Shown piece after piece: positions 50,944 to 59,420 of a DNA stretch of 64,000 nt (within the stretch, counting starts at the first letter, position 1; every line of letters begins with the position of its first letter). The translations under genes were made by a program, and so were the position numbers. Under the pieces are notes generated by a model that saw nothing but the letters and a program-made list of their open reading frames with translations, ran no database searches and had not been told where the DNA came from. Source of the DNA: an uncultured Aliarcobacter sp. (lineage in GTDB: Bacteria > Campylobacterota > Campylobacteria > Campylobacterales > Arcobacteraceae); NCBI GenBank assembly GCA_963664305.2, contig CAXXLV010000001.1:512001-576000 (forward strand), in the 5' to 3' direction.

Positions 50944-50984
50944 AAAGTAGAGTTATTAAAAAAAAACTACATAATTAATCTAAT

Positions 50985-51007
50985 TTTAAGAAATGCAGTG
51001 TCATAAT
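50985..51007 (+). promoter_or_regulatory. Putative sigma70-type promoter of flagellin 2
   Basis: tttaagaaatgcagTGtCATAAT, same as copy 1. Confidence 0.55.
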
Positions 51008-51013
51008 TTCATT

Positions 51014-51144
51014 ATAAAGATTAGGGGTCAATAGATTCCGAAGAGATGAAAAGCTTTCTTCTCTATGCTTGGTGATACAAGAATGTTTAAGGCTGTAATT
51101 TAAATTCTTAGATTACAATGTGTCATAATTAAAAAGGATTTATT
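51014..51144 (+). ncRNA. Candidate structured 5' leader of flagellin 2
   Basis: P1 51024-51039, P2 51042-51064, P3 51068-51081, P4 51094-51117. Confidence 0.55.
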
Positions 51145-52023
51145 ATGAGAATCAATACAAACGTTTCATCTTTAACAGCTCAAGAAGCTGCATCAAACAC
51201 AACTAAAAAAATTACTGGTTCATTAGAAAAACTTTCTACTGGTTTAAGAATTAACAAAGCTTCGGATGATGCTTCTGGTCTTGCTATTGCTGATAAATTA
51301 AGAACTCAAGCTACATCAATTAATCAAGGTATTGCAAATGGTAACTCTGCAGTTTCTTTATTACAAATTGCTGATAAATCAATGGCTGAGCAATCAAACA
51401 TTCTTGATACAATTAAAGCTAAATTAATTCAAGCTAATACAGATACAACTTCTGATGATGGTAAATTATCTATTGCAAAAGATGTTAATAAACTTTTAGA
51501 TCAGTTAAATAATATTGCGAAACAAACAAACTATAATGGTACAACTCTATTACAAAAAAATAGAAACTCTGCTGTTTCTCAAACTGGTTTATCATTCCAA
51601 GTTGGGGAAAACAGAGCAGACACTATTAAAACAGCAAGTATTAACTCTAATACAACTGGTTTAAAATTAACTACACTTAAAAAAGGTGTTAGTGCGGCTG
51701 CTAAAACTACAGCTGGAGCAATTGATACTAACTTTGGTAAAACAATTATTTCTGCTGCACAAAAATTAGTTGATGATGCAATTTCTAAACTAAATGGATA
51801 TAGAGGGGACATGGGTTCTACTCAAAACCAAGTTGAATCTGCTGTTAGAAACTTAATGACTCAAGCTACAAACGTAAGTGCTGCTGAGTCAATTATTAGA
51901 GATGTTGATTATGCACAAGAGTCTGCAAACTTTAATAAACAAAACATTATTTCTCAAGCTGGTTCATATGCAATCAGTCAAGCAAATTCTGTTCAACAAA
52001 ACGTATTAAGATTATTACAATAA
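51145..52023 (+). CDS. flaB: Flagellin 2 (292 aa; 10 substitutions versus flagellin 1)
   Basis: Same flagellin N- and C-terminal motifs. The flaB name is by position only. Confidence 0.97.
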   Translation: MRINTNVSSLTAQEAASNTTKKITGSLEKLSTGLRINKASDDASGLAIADKLRTQATSINQGIANGNSAVSLLQIADKSMAEQSNILDTIKAKLIQANTDTTSDDGKLSIAKDVNKLLDQLNNIAKQTNYNGTTLLQKNRNSAVSQTGLSFQVGENRADTIKTASINSNTTGLKLTTLKKGVSAAAKTTAGAIDTNFGKTIISAAQKLVDDAISKLNGYRGDMGSTQNQVESAVRNLMTQATNVSAAESIIRDVDYAQESANFNKQNIISQAGSYAISQANSVQQNVLRLLQ

Positions 52024-52034
52024 TCTTTCTTCTT

Positions 52035-52065
52035 AAAAAGAGTGAGTTTTTCTCACTCTTTTTTT
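52035..52065. terminator. Bidirectional terminator between flagellin 2 and maf
   Basis: Same hairpin as 50718-50748, with A and T tracts on both sides. Confidence 0.9.
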
Positions 52066-54097
52066 ATATTACTCTTTCTAAGCAAATAATATAATCATTA
52101 GTAATATTTTTCATTTGTTCTATAAAAATTTCTTTTATCTTTTTTACTTTCTTTTTCTCATTTTTAACTTTTAAATCATTGAAATGATATGATAAATATG
52201 GAACAACCATTTGAAAATAATTTGCTAATATTTGGTAAAAAATTGGGCATCTATTTTCTGAAACTTTTTTTGCAAATACGAATATTTCATCAAAGAACTC
52301 ATCATAATTTTCAAAATCTTTATTTTTAATACTATTTAAAATATCTTTTGCTTCGCCATTTAAAAATAATATTTCTCTTCTAAATTCTTTTTTAGACTCT
52401 AGTGATAATTCTGTAAATGAAGTTTCTTCTAGTAAATTAGTAAATTTTATATCTTTTGATTTAAAACTATTAAAATTTTTTATTTCTATCTCTTCTACTT
52501 TTTGAGGAATTGCTCCTTCAAAAAATGCACCATGAGTTGAAAGATTATAAATTATTGTATCTTCACTCTTCTTTGAAATTTTTCCTTCAGCACTTTTAAT
52601 TGAACTATAAAAAATTGGAGTTGTAAAAACTTCTTCTTCAAAATTACCTTTTACTTTTAATAAACTCTCATCAATTATAAAAGTATCTCTTTTTTGTTCT
52701 TTATTTAAATCTATAACCTGAATAAGAGAGTTTGAAGCTTTAGCATGAGATTCACCTGTTTTTTGATTTAAAGCTAAATCAAGTCCTATTAAATATAACT
52801 GCTTAGGATTAAAATTTAATAAAATTGCTAAAGTTATTTCACCAATACTAAAGCCATCAAAAACATTGTTATCCATTTGAAAAGGTGTAAATATTTCAAA
52901 TAAAAATAAATTTTCTTGATTAAATTTTTTTAATACATTTTGATTTGTCATTACAGAAGCTAATATGATAGTTCCCTTACTAATTTTTGATACACTTTCA
53001 TCATCAAATTGTAATTTTTCTAAAATATCACTTTCATCAACAGTTGTTATTACATCAATTTTTATATCATGGGCTAATAATTTTTTATATGCTGCTCCAA
53101 TTGTCACAATAAAAAATTTATCCTGATTTTCTTTGATCCAGTTAATATTTTCATCTAAAGATGGACCCGCTGCAAGATATAAAATTGGTATTTCATTAAA
53201 AATATTTGATTTTTCTTTTATTTTATTTAAATGAATTATTTTATAATCACTATTAAGAACTTTTGATGTTCTATTTGCATGAATATATAACATTCTTACA
53301 TAATCATATGATGTAGGTCTAACAGAATTTAACATACTTAATATGTTATCAATGTATTGATCTATATTTATTCCAGTTGATGAAAATTTAATTAAATAAT
53401 TTTCAATATTGTTTACACTAATAAATTTAGAAATTTTATTTTCTTCATCTACAATATTATCCATTATTGAAAAAATTGCTCCCTTATTTGCAAGGATTGT
53501 ATAATCTACAACAAATAAAGATAATCTAAATATTTCAAGATTTCTTTCAAGAACTAAATACATTTCAGCATCAACTTTTTCCGCAATTCGTGGTATATGT
53601 CGTCCCAATAAAGTTCCTAAAAAAACAAATTTCTTAATTTTTTTTAGTTTCTTTTTCTTATTCTCTAAAAAATCATTTAACGTACTTGAATATTGCCACA
53701 TATTATTATTTGTCATTGATACTGAATCACTTATTTTTTCATGATTAAATCTATTTTCCATATCAACTTCAGAAGAATCTTTTAAAAGAAAGTATTCAGA
53801 AAGACTAAAAATTGCATTGTTTTCATCAAATTGAACTTTTCTTACCATATTATCATTTATTTTTTTAGGATTTTTACCATATAAATATTTATCATTTACA
53901 ATATCATATATATCAAAATCTCCACTTTCCATTATAAAATCTAATACATATTTCTCTTTATAAGTACCATTTACTATCATTTTTGATAGCTCATCTACTT
54001 TTTGATAAAGTTCATTATCATATTCACTCAAGAATACAAGATTTGCTAGAAAAGTGGTTGTTAATGCATTTTGTAGTTGTTTTTCTGCTTCTGTCAT
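52064..54097 (-). CDS. maf: Motility-associated factor (Maf) flagellin glycosyltransferase family
   Basis: MAF/DUF115 motifs LAAGPSLDENI.WIKENQ and YLIGLDLA...G.SH; adjacent to the flagellins. Confidence 0.9.
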   Translation of the reverse strand: MTEAEKQLQNALTTTFLANLVFLSEYDNELYQKVDELSKMIVNGTYKEKYVLDFIMESGDFDIYDIVNDKYLYGKNPKKINDNMVRKVQFDENNAIFSLSEYFLLKDSSEVDMENRFNHEKISDSVSMTNNNMWQYSSTLNDFLENKKKKLKKIKKFVFLGTLLGRHIPRIAEKVDAEMYLVLERNLEIFRLSLFVVDYTILANKGAIFSIMDNIVDEENKISKFISVNNIENYLIKFSSTGINIDQYIDNILSMLNSVRPTSYDYVRMLYIHANRTSKVLNSDYKIIHLNKIKEKSNIFNEIPILYLAAGPSLDENINWIKENQDKFFIVTIGAAYKKLLAHDIKIDVITTVDESDILEKLQFDDESVSKISKGTIILASVMTNQNVLKKFNQENLFLFEIFTPFQMDNNVFDGFSIGEITLAILLNFNPKQLYLIGLDLALNQKTGESHAKASNSLIQVIDLNKEQKRDTFIIDESLLKVKGNFEEEVFTTPIFYSSIKSAEGKISKKSEDTIIYNLSTHGAFFEGAIPQKVEEIEIKNFNSFKSKDIKFTNLLEETSFTELSLESKKEFRREILFLNGEAKDILNSIKNKDFENYDEFFDEIFVFAKKVSENRCPIFYQILANYFQMVVPYLSYHFNDLKVKNEKKKVKKIKEIFIEQMKNITNDYIICLERVI

Positions 54098-54108
54098 AAT
54101 TTTTCCTT

Positions 54109-54633
54109 TTATTCAACTATTATATTTTTTATGAAATTAATATCTTTACATTTATATTCAAATTTAGAAATATTTTTAATATCCAATATACTATTATCAA
54201 TCATTATTGTATTTCTTATTTTTGCATTTTTAGCACATTGAATATCTGTTAATTTATCGCCAATCAACCAAGAATTTGGTAAATCTAAATTATAACTTTT
54301 TAAAATATTTTCTATCATTCCCGTTTCTGGTTTTCTACACTTACAATTTTCTGTAGGATGATGAGGACAAAATTCAACTTGAGAAATAAAAATATTCTCT
54401 TTTTCTAATTCATTTATCATCCAATTATTTAATTTTAAAAAATCTTCTTCTGCATAATAACCTCTACCAATACCAGATTGATTAGTAATTATGAATAACA
54501 AATAATCTAAATCTTGAAGATATTTTAAAATATCAAATATTTTTGGAACAAATTCAAAATCACTGATTTTATAAACATAATTTTTATCTATGTTTATCAC
54601 ACCATCTCTGTCTAAAAAAATAGCTTTTTTCAT
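54109..54633 (-). CDS. gmhB: D,D-heptose 1,7-bisphosphate phosphatase family HAD enzyme
   Basis: FLDRDGVIN, TNQSGIGRG, CPH...CKCRKP, IGDKLTD. Confidence 0.93.
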   Translation of the reverse strand: MKKAIFLDRDGVINIDKNYVYKISDFEFVPKIFDILKYLQDLDYLLFIITNQSGIGRGYYAEEDFLKLNNWMINELEKENIFISQVEFCPHHPTENCKCRKPETGMIENILKSYNLDLPNSWLIGDKLTDIQCAKNAKIRNTIMIDNSILDIKNISKFEYKCKDINFIKNIIVE

Positions 54634-55337
54634 TTTATTAAATCTAAAATATCTATTTGTGCTTCAGCAAAAGAGTTTATAGTACCAATATCTTTATGAT
54701 AAGTACTATTAAGATAAGTGTTTATTTTACCAAGTAATTTTGGGATTACATCTAAAGAAAAATCAATATTAATTTTATTTAGAGTTTCAAGAAATTCAAA
54801 AATTTCATAATTACAGATATAAACAGCTCCATTTGCTAAATTAGATGGAGGATTTGAAACTTTTTCATAAAATTCTTGAACTATATTATTTTCATCCAGT
54901 TTTACTATTCCACAAGATTGAGGGACATCTGTTCTAAATAACATCATTGTAAGGAGATATTTTTCATTTTTTTTATGAGATTCGATAAATTCTTTGAAAT
55001 TGCAAAAAGATAAATTATCAGCATGAATAAGTAAAAAAGGTTCATCTTTATCAAAAAGATTTTTATTATGAAGTAATGTACCGCCTGTGTTTAACAGCTC
55101 TTTTTCATAAACTAATTTTATTTTATCTCTATAAATACTATTTTTTACAAATTCTTCAACTTTTTCACTAAAATAATGAGTATTTACAATAAATTCTGAT
55201 ACTCCAGCTTTTGATAAATTTTCTAGCCAATATTGAAGTAATGGCTTTCCATTTATTGGTACTAAACATTTAGGTATATTGTTAGTTATTGGTCTTAGTC
55301 TTGTTCCTAATCCAGCACATAATAATAAAGCTTTCAT
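54630..55337 (-). CDS. Sugar-1-phosphate nucleotidyltransferase (HddC/mannose-1-P guanylyltransferase-like)
   Basis: LCAGLGTRLRPIT..PKCL, NTGG, EKV, DIGT. Confidence 0.9.
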   Translation of the reverse strand: MKALLLCAGLGTRLRPITNNIPKCLVPINGKPLLQYWLENLSKAGVSEFIVNTHYFSEKVEEFVKNSIYRDKIKLVYEKELLNTGGTLLHNKNLFDKDEPFLLIHADNLSFCNFKEFIESHKKNEKYLLTMMLFRTDVPQSCGIVKLDENNIVQEFYEKVSNPPSNLANGAVYICNYEIFEFLETLNKINIDFSLDVIPKLLGKINTYLNSTYHKDIGTINSFAEAQIDILDLIK

Positions 55338-56762
55338 TTAAAATTGAATCTCTTTTATTAATTCATCTTTTTTTATTGGTATATTTCCAACTCGACTTAC
55401 TTGTATAGCAGCAGCAATTGAACCTAAATATGCACTTTCCCAAATATTTGCTCCAACAACTTTTGCCATTGCAGAACAAGTTAATAAGGAATCACCTGCA
55501 CCACTTACATCTTTAGCATTAGTGTTTAAAGCTTGTATATTATCAGTTAATAATTCATTTTCATTTGAATTATAAATCATTATTCCTTCATTACCTAAAG
55601 TGGTAAAAACATGTTTTGAGTTTGATTTTTTGTGAAGTTTTTCAGATAATACAACTAGACCCGATTCAAAATCATTTATTGATAATCTAATTTCTCGCTC
55701 CGTTGGAGTTACTATATCCATATCTTTAAATTTTGATATATCACCAATTTGAGATGAACTTTGTGAATCAGCAACCATAACTATTGATTTCTTTTTTGCA
55801 TATAATGTTATATTTTCAATAATATTTTTGGTTAAAACTCCATAAGAAAAATCAGAAAAAATTATCAAATCATAATCTTCTAAATCATCAACAAAATTTT
55901 CTAATATTTTTTCTTCTAAATCTTTTGAGATATTATGTTGTTTCAAATGATTTACTCTAAGTAAAGTTTTATTCTGAGCTCTAAATCTTTGTTTTAAAGT
56001 TGTTGGTCTTGTACTATCTTTTAATAAATATGTATTAATTCCTAAAGATGTTAAATAATCATGTGTAAATTCATAATTTTCATCATTTCCTAAAACCGAC
56101 ATATAAGAAACATTTGAACCTAATGTTTTAGCATGTGAAGCAACAATAGCTGCTCCTCCTATAAATTTCTTATTTGAAATTGGAGTTACAACTATTGTGG
56201 GGTCTTCTTGACTCATACCAACAGCATCACAAGTGATATATTCATCAATTATAGTATCTCCAATAACTAAAATATTCAAATCAGAAAATTTATTTATAAA
56301 ATCAATTAATTTTGTTTTATCAATTTTATGTCTTTTTATAAAATTGTTATCATGAGATAAATTTAAAAAACTAATTTCAAAATCTTTTTGAAGTAAATTT
56401 AAAGAAGAAAAACCTATTTCTCCTGATGAAAATAGAATTTTTCCACCATAGGTTTTCATAATCTCTTCTTCAGGATTATATCTATTTTCAAACTCCTTAC
56501 CTTTTATAAGGATATCAGGTTTTTTTCTTTTTATATATTCTAAAACATCTTCATTTAATAAAAAAACTTCATCTACATAGCTCGTTGATTTTATGGATTC
56601 TAATCTAATATCTTCTTCTAATAAATTTGAGTTATTTGCTAATCTATCTGAATTTACACCAACAATTAAATAATCACTACTCTCTTTTGCAAATTTTAGT
56701 AATCTTAAATGTCCTGGATGAAAAATATTAAAATTTCCATAAACAAATGCTACTTTTTTCAA
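55338..56762 (-). CDS. HldE-like bifunctional protein: N-terminal HxGH nucleotidyltransferase plus C-terminal PfkB sugar kinase
   Basis: GNFNIFHPGH, VGVNSD, KGKE; then IGDTIIDEY, SQEDP, GGAAIVA, TTLKQR, SDFSYG, DVSGAGDS. Confidence 0.9.
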   Translation of the reverse strand: MKKVAFVYGNFNIFHPGHLRLLKFAKESSDYLIVGVNSDRLANNSNLLEEDIRLESIKSTSYVDEVFLLNEDVLEYIKRKKPDILIKGKEFENRYNPEEEIMKTYGGKILFSSGEIGFSSLNLLQKDFEISFLNLSHDNNFIKRHKIDKTKLIDFINKFSDLNILVIGDTIIDEYITCDAVGMSQEDPTIVVTPISNKKFIGGAAIVASHAKTLGSNVSYMSVLGNDENYEFTHDYLTSLGINTYLLKDSTRPTTLKQRFRAQNKTLLRVNHLKQHNISKDLEEKILENFVDDLEDYDLIIFSDFSYGVLTKNIIENITLYAKKKSIVMVADSQSSSQIGDISKFKDMDIVTPTEREIRLSINDFESGLVVLSEKLHKKSNSKHVFTTLGNEGIMIYNSNENELLTDNIQALNTNAKDVSGAGDSLLTCSAMAKVVGANIWESAYLGSIAAAIQVSRVGNIPIKKDELIKEIQF

Positions 56763-56773
56763 AATCTTACTCT

Positions 56774-57892
56774 CTATACAAAATTAATATGATTAGGTGG
56801 TGTACCCTTTGGCTCTTCCAGTTTTATATCACCTTTTTTATAGCCATCCAAAAATTCATTTACTTTATGTTGTAAACATAATGAACCACACATTGTTTGA
56901 GCATCAAAATTAGGAGAAGCCAAATGATTCATTACTTCCCAATATCTATCACTATTTACAATATCTTTAAATCTTTGTTGAGTTATATTTCCTATATGAA
57001 ATCTACTATATCTTTCATTAAATAACATACCACATGGTGCAACTAAACCTGAACCAGAAATTTGTATTTGAAATGGTGGACCATAACATCTTTGATAACT
57101 TCTTTTTCCTTCAGTATTTATTTTTGACCATTTAACACTTACTTGATATTCTTCATCACTATAAGATTCTGCTTCTTCTAAAATATGTGTTAATTCTGCA
57201 TATTTAGAATAATCAACACCTAATTTTCCATCTTCACTATCACTTGTATGTTTTACAACTAAATAATCAGGTCTAATTTCTTTTCCAAGTTTAGCTAAAG
57301 GTATAACTTGGTCTGCATCTTCTGGCATTAAAACCATTTGCATACCTATTGTTACATTTAGATTATTTTTTTTCTTAATTTCAACCATATCTTTTATATT
57401 TTGAATTACTTGATGGAAATGTTTTTCTTTTACTCCCATAATTTGTGCATATCTTTCTGGTTCTCCAGCTGATATATTAATTCTTATATAAGTCAAATAC
57501 GGTAAAACTCTTTCTAAAGCTTCATATTTTAGATTAAATCCATGAGTTGCAGATGCCATTGATATACCCAATTGAGCACCTCTAATAATTGTATGTTCAT
57601 AAATTGGTGATAAAGTACTCTCACCATCACTTACAAGGGAAATAGCTTTTACTCCCATCTCTTTACAATCTTCTAAAAATGCATCTATGTGCTCTTTTGT
57701 TATATCAAATCGGTCATTTTCTTGAAGTCTTGCATAACAGAAGTGGCATCCATAATTACAAGCTCTTGTTAGTGCCATATCAATAGTTAGAGGAGCTATT
57801 CTTTCTCCTCTTTCCCACTGCTTGATTCTTTCTTGATGCCAATAAATTTTAGTAGCATCTAATATATATTTATTTTCTTTTTTTGTTTTCAT
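56774..57892 (-). CDS. Radical SAM protein with SPASM/twitch domain
   Basis: CNYGCHFC; C-terminal RCYGP...SGLVAPC...IGNI...CGSLC. Confidence 0.92.
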   Translation of the reverse strand: MKTKKENKYILDATKIYWHQERIKQWERGERIAPLTIDMALTRACNYGCHFCYARLQENDRFDITKEHIDAFLEDCKEMGVKAISLVSDGESTLSPIYEHTIIRGAQLGISMASATHGFNLKYEALERVLPYLTYIRINISAGEPERYAQIMGVKEKHFHQVIQNIKDMVEIKKKNNLNVTIGMQMVLMPEDADQVIPLAKLGKEIRPDYLVVKHTSDSEDGKLGVDYSKYAELTHILEEAESYSDEEYQVSVKWSKINTEGKRSYQRCYGPPFQIQISGSGLVAPCGMLFNERYSRFHIGNITQQRFKDIVNSDRYWEVMNHLASPNFDAQTMCGSLCLQHKVNEFLDGYKKGDIKLEEPKGTPPNHINFV

Positions 57893-58163
57893 CTACTCTA
57901 TCTTTCAAAAGAACAATTACAGGGAAATTCCCTAATTTTTCTCTTATATAATTTTCATATTTAACTAAAAAATCATACACATCTTTTTTATCTACAGAAA
58001 GATTAACTTCTATAGCTTGATTTTTTACACTATTAACATCTAATTTATCTTTAAAAATATCACTATATGAATTTACTATTTCAAATTGTTCATCATAAGA
58101 AAGTTTTTTCCAGGCAATTAATTCTGGAGATTCATATCTTTTATAATTATTTACATCTAACAT
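57870..58163 (-). CDS. Small hypothetical protein within the operon (start uncertain, 58163-58184)
   Basis: ORF overlaps both neighbours and fills the gap exactly. Confidence 0.7.
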   Translation of the reverse strand: MLDVNNYKRYESPELIAWKKLSYDEQFEIVNSYSDIFKDKLDVNSVKNQAIEVNLSVDKKDVYDFLVKYENYIREKLGNFPVIVLLKDRVDENKKRK

Positions 58164-58638
58164 ATACAGGCCCTTCATAATCAAACATTTTTTTTATATC
58201 ATCTTTTAAAGTCTCTTCTGTTGGTGATAATATCAAAAAATTTTTAAATATACTAATCATTTCAAAATCATCATTATCTAAACAATGACTTCTCCCTAAT
58301 TTCTCAAAATAGTTATTTACGCCAACACCAATCAACTTTATATTCATTTTATGTTCATTCAAATCATATCTAATTTGTTCATAAGCTCTCATCACTAAAA
58401 AAGGTATTTGAGAATAAACTATGGGTTTTAGACCTGTTAGATACATTCCAGCACTCATACTAATCATAGCTTGTTCACAAATTCCCACATTAAAAGATCT
58501 ATCACTATGATTATTGAAAAATTTATCTAAAACTGCAAATCCCATGTCTCCAACCAAAAGAGTCATTTTTTCATCATTTTTAAAATATTCATATACTTCT
58601 TTCATAACTTCTTGTTTAGAAACATAATTATTCATCAT
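58147..58638 (-). CDS. Transketolase pyrimidine-binding subunit (lacks the C-terminal domain)
   Basis: LVGDMGF, NVGICEQAM, RAYEQIR, LGRSH, GPVYVR followed by a stop at 163 aa. Confidence 0.88.
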   Translation of the reverse strand: MMNNYVSKQEVMKEVYEYFKNDEKMTLLVGDMGFAVLDKFFNNHSDRSFNVGICEQAMISMSAGMYLTGLKPIVYSQIPFLVMRAYEQIRYDLNEHKMNIKLIGVGVNNYFEKLGRSHCLDNDDFEMISIFKNFLILSPTEETLKDDIKKMFDYEGPVYVRCK

Positions 58639-59419
58639 CTTCCTTTAATACAAATCCATCTTCACTAGGGCATCTGTAATGGTATTTGATAGAGTTTTCC
58701 ATAAAGTCTATACCTTTACCTTTAATGGTATCACAAAACATTATAGAAAAACTTTCATTTTTGGCTTTAAAAAATTTGTCAAAACTTTCTCTTAATTGCA
58801 AAACATTATGTCCATCTAATCTAGAAAAACTACATGGGTAAGCTTTTAAAACATTTGCTAATTGATTATTATCTAAACCAACATCTTCAACTCTGTCCAT
58901 AGCTTGCAATTTATTTCCATCAATGATAATCAATAAATTATCTAACTTAAATCTACTAGCAAGTTGAAGAGCCTCAAAATTACTTCCTTCTTGCATTTCA
59001 CCATCACCAACTATACAAACAACTTTATTCTTCTTTTTTTGCATTTTAAAAGATTGTGCCATTCCTACAGCAATTGGTAATCCATGTCCTAAAGAACCAG
59101 TAGATGCTTCTAACATATATTTAGGATTATAAGTTAAACACCCTTTTAAAGAGGAGTTCTTATAAAAACTCTCTATTTCAAAATCAGGAATAATTCCTAA
59201 TTCATTTAATATAACATAATACGAATAGGCACCATGTCCTTTACTAAAAATTAGTCTATCTCTTGTTTCATCAAAAACATTGTTTTTGTCAAAAACTAGA
59301 TATTCATTAAAAAGTATAACTAAAATTTCCAAGCAAGATAAAGAGGGTGCTAAATGCCCTGCTCCAGTATCACATGAAAGTTTTATAGTTTTATGTTTAA
59401 TATCTTCTATATCTAACAT
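58628..59419 (-). CDS. Transketolase N-terminal (ThDP-binding) subunit
   Basis: GHLAPSLS, RDRLIFSKGHG, TGSLGHGL, GDGEMQEGSNFE, DGHN, TIKGKG. Confidence 0.93.
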   Translation of the reverse strand: MLDIEDIKHKTIKLSCDTGAGHLAPSLSCLEILVILFNEYLVFDKNNVFDETRDRLIFSKGHGAYSYYVILNELGIIPDFEIESFYKNSSLKGCLTYNPKYMLEASTGSLGHGLPIAVGMAQSFKMQKKKNKVVCIVGDGEMQEGSNFEALQLASRFKLDNLLIIIDGNKLQAMDRVEDVGLDNNQLANVLKAYPCSFSRLDGHNVLQLRESFDKFFKAKNESFSIMFCDTIKGKGIDFMENSIKYHYRCPSEDGFVLKEDDE

Positions 59420-59420
59420 T

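Larger units (their letters stand above)
50806..52085 (+). repeat. Tandem duplication unit copy 2
   Basis: Aligns with 49489-50768. Confidence 0.92.

Noticed and set aside
57870..58638. Frameshifted single transketolase beta subunit (163-aa ORF plus the small ORF)
   Set aside because: The downstream ORF has no transketolase C-terminal motifs, so joining the frames would not restore a normal subunit.
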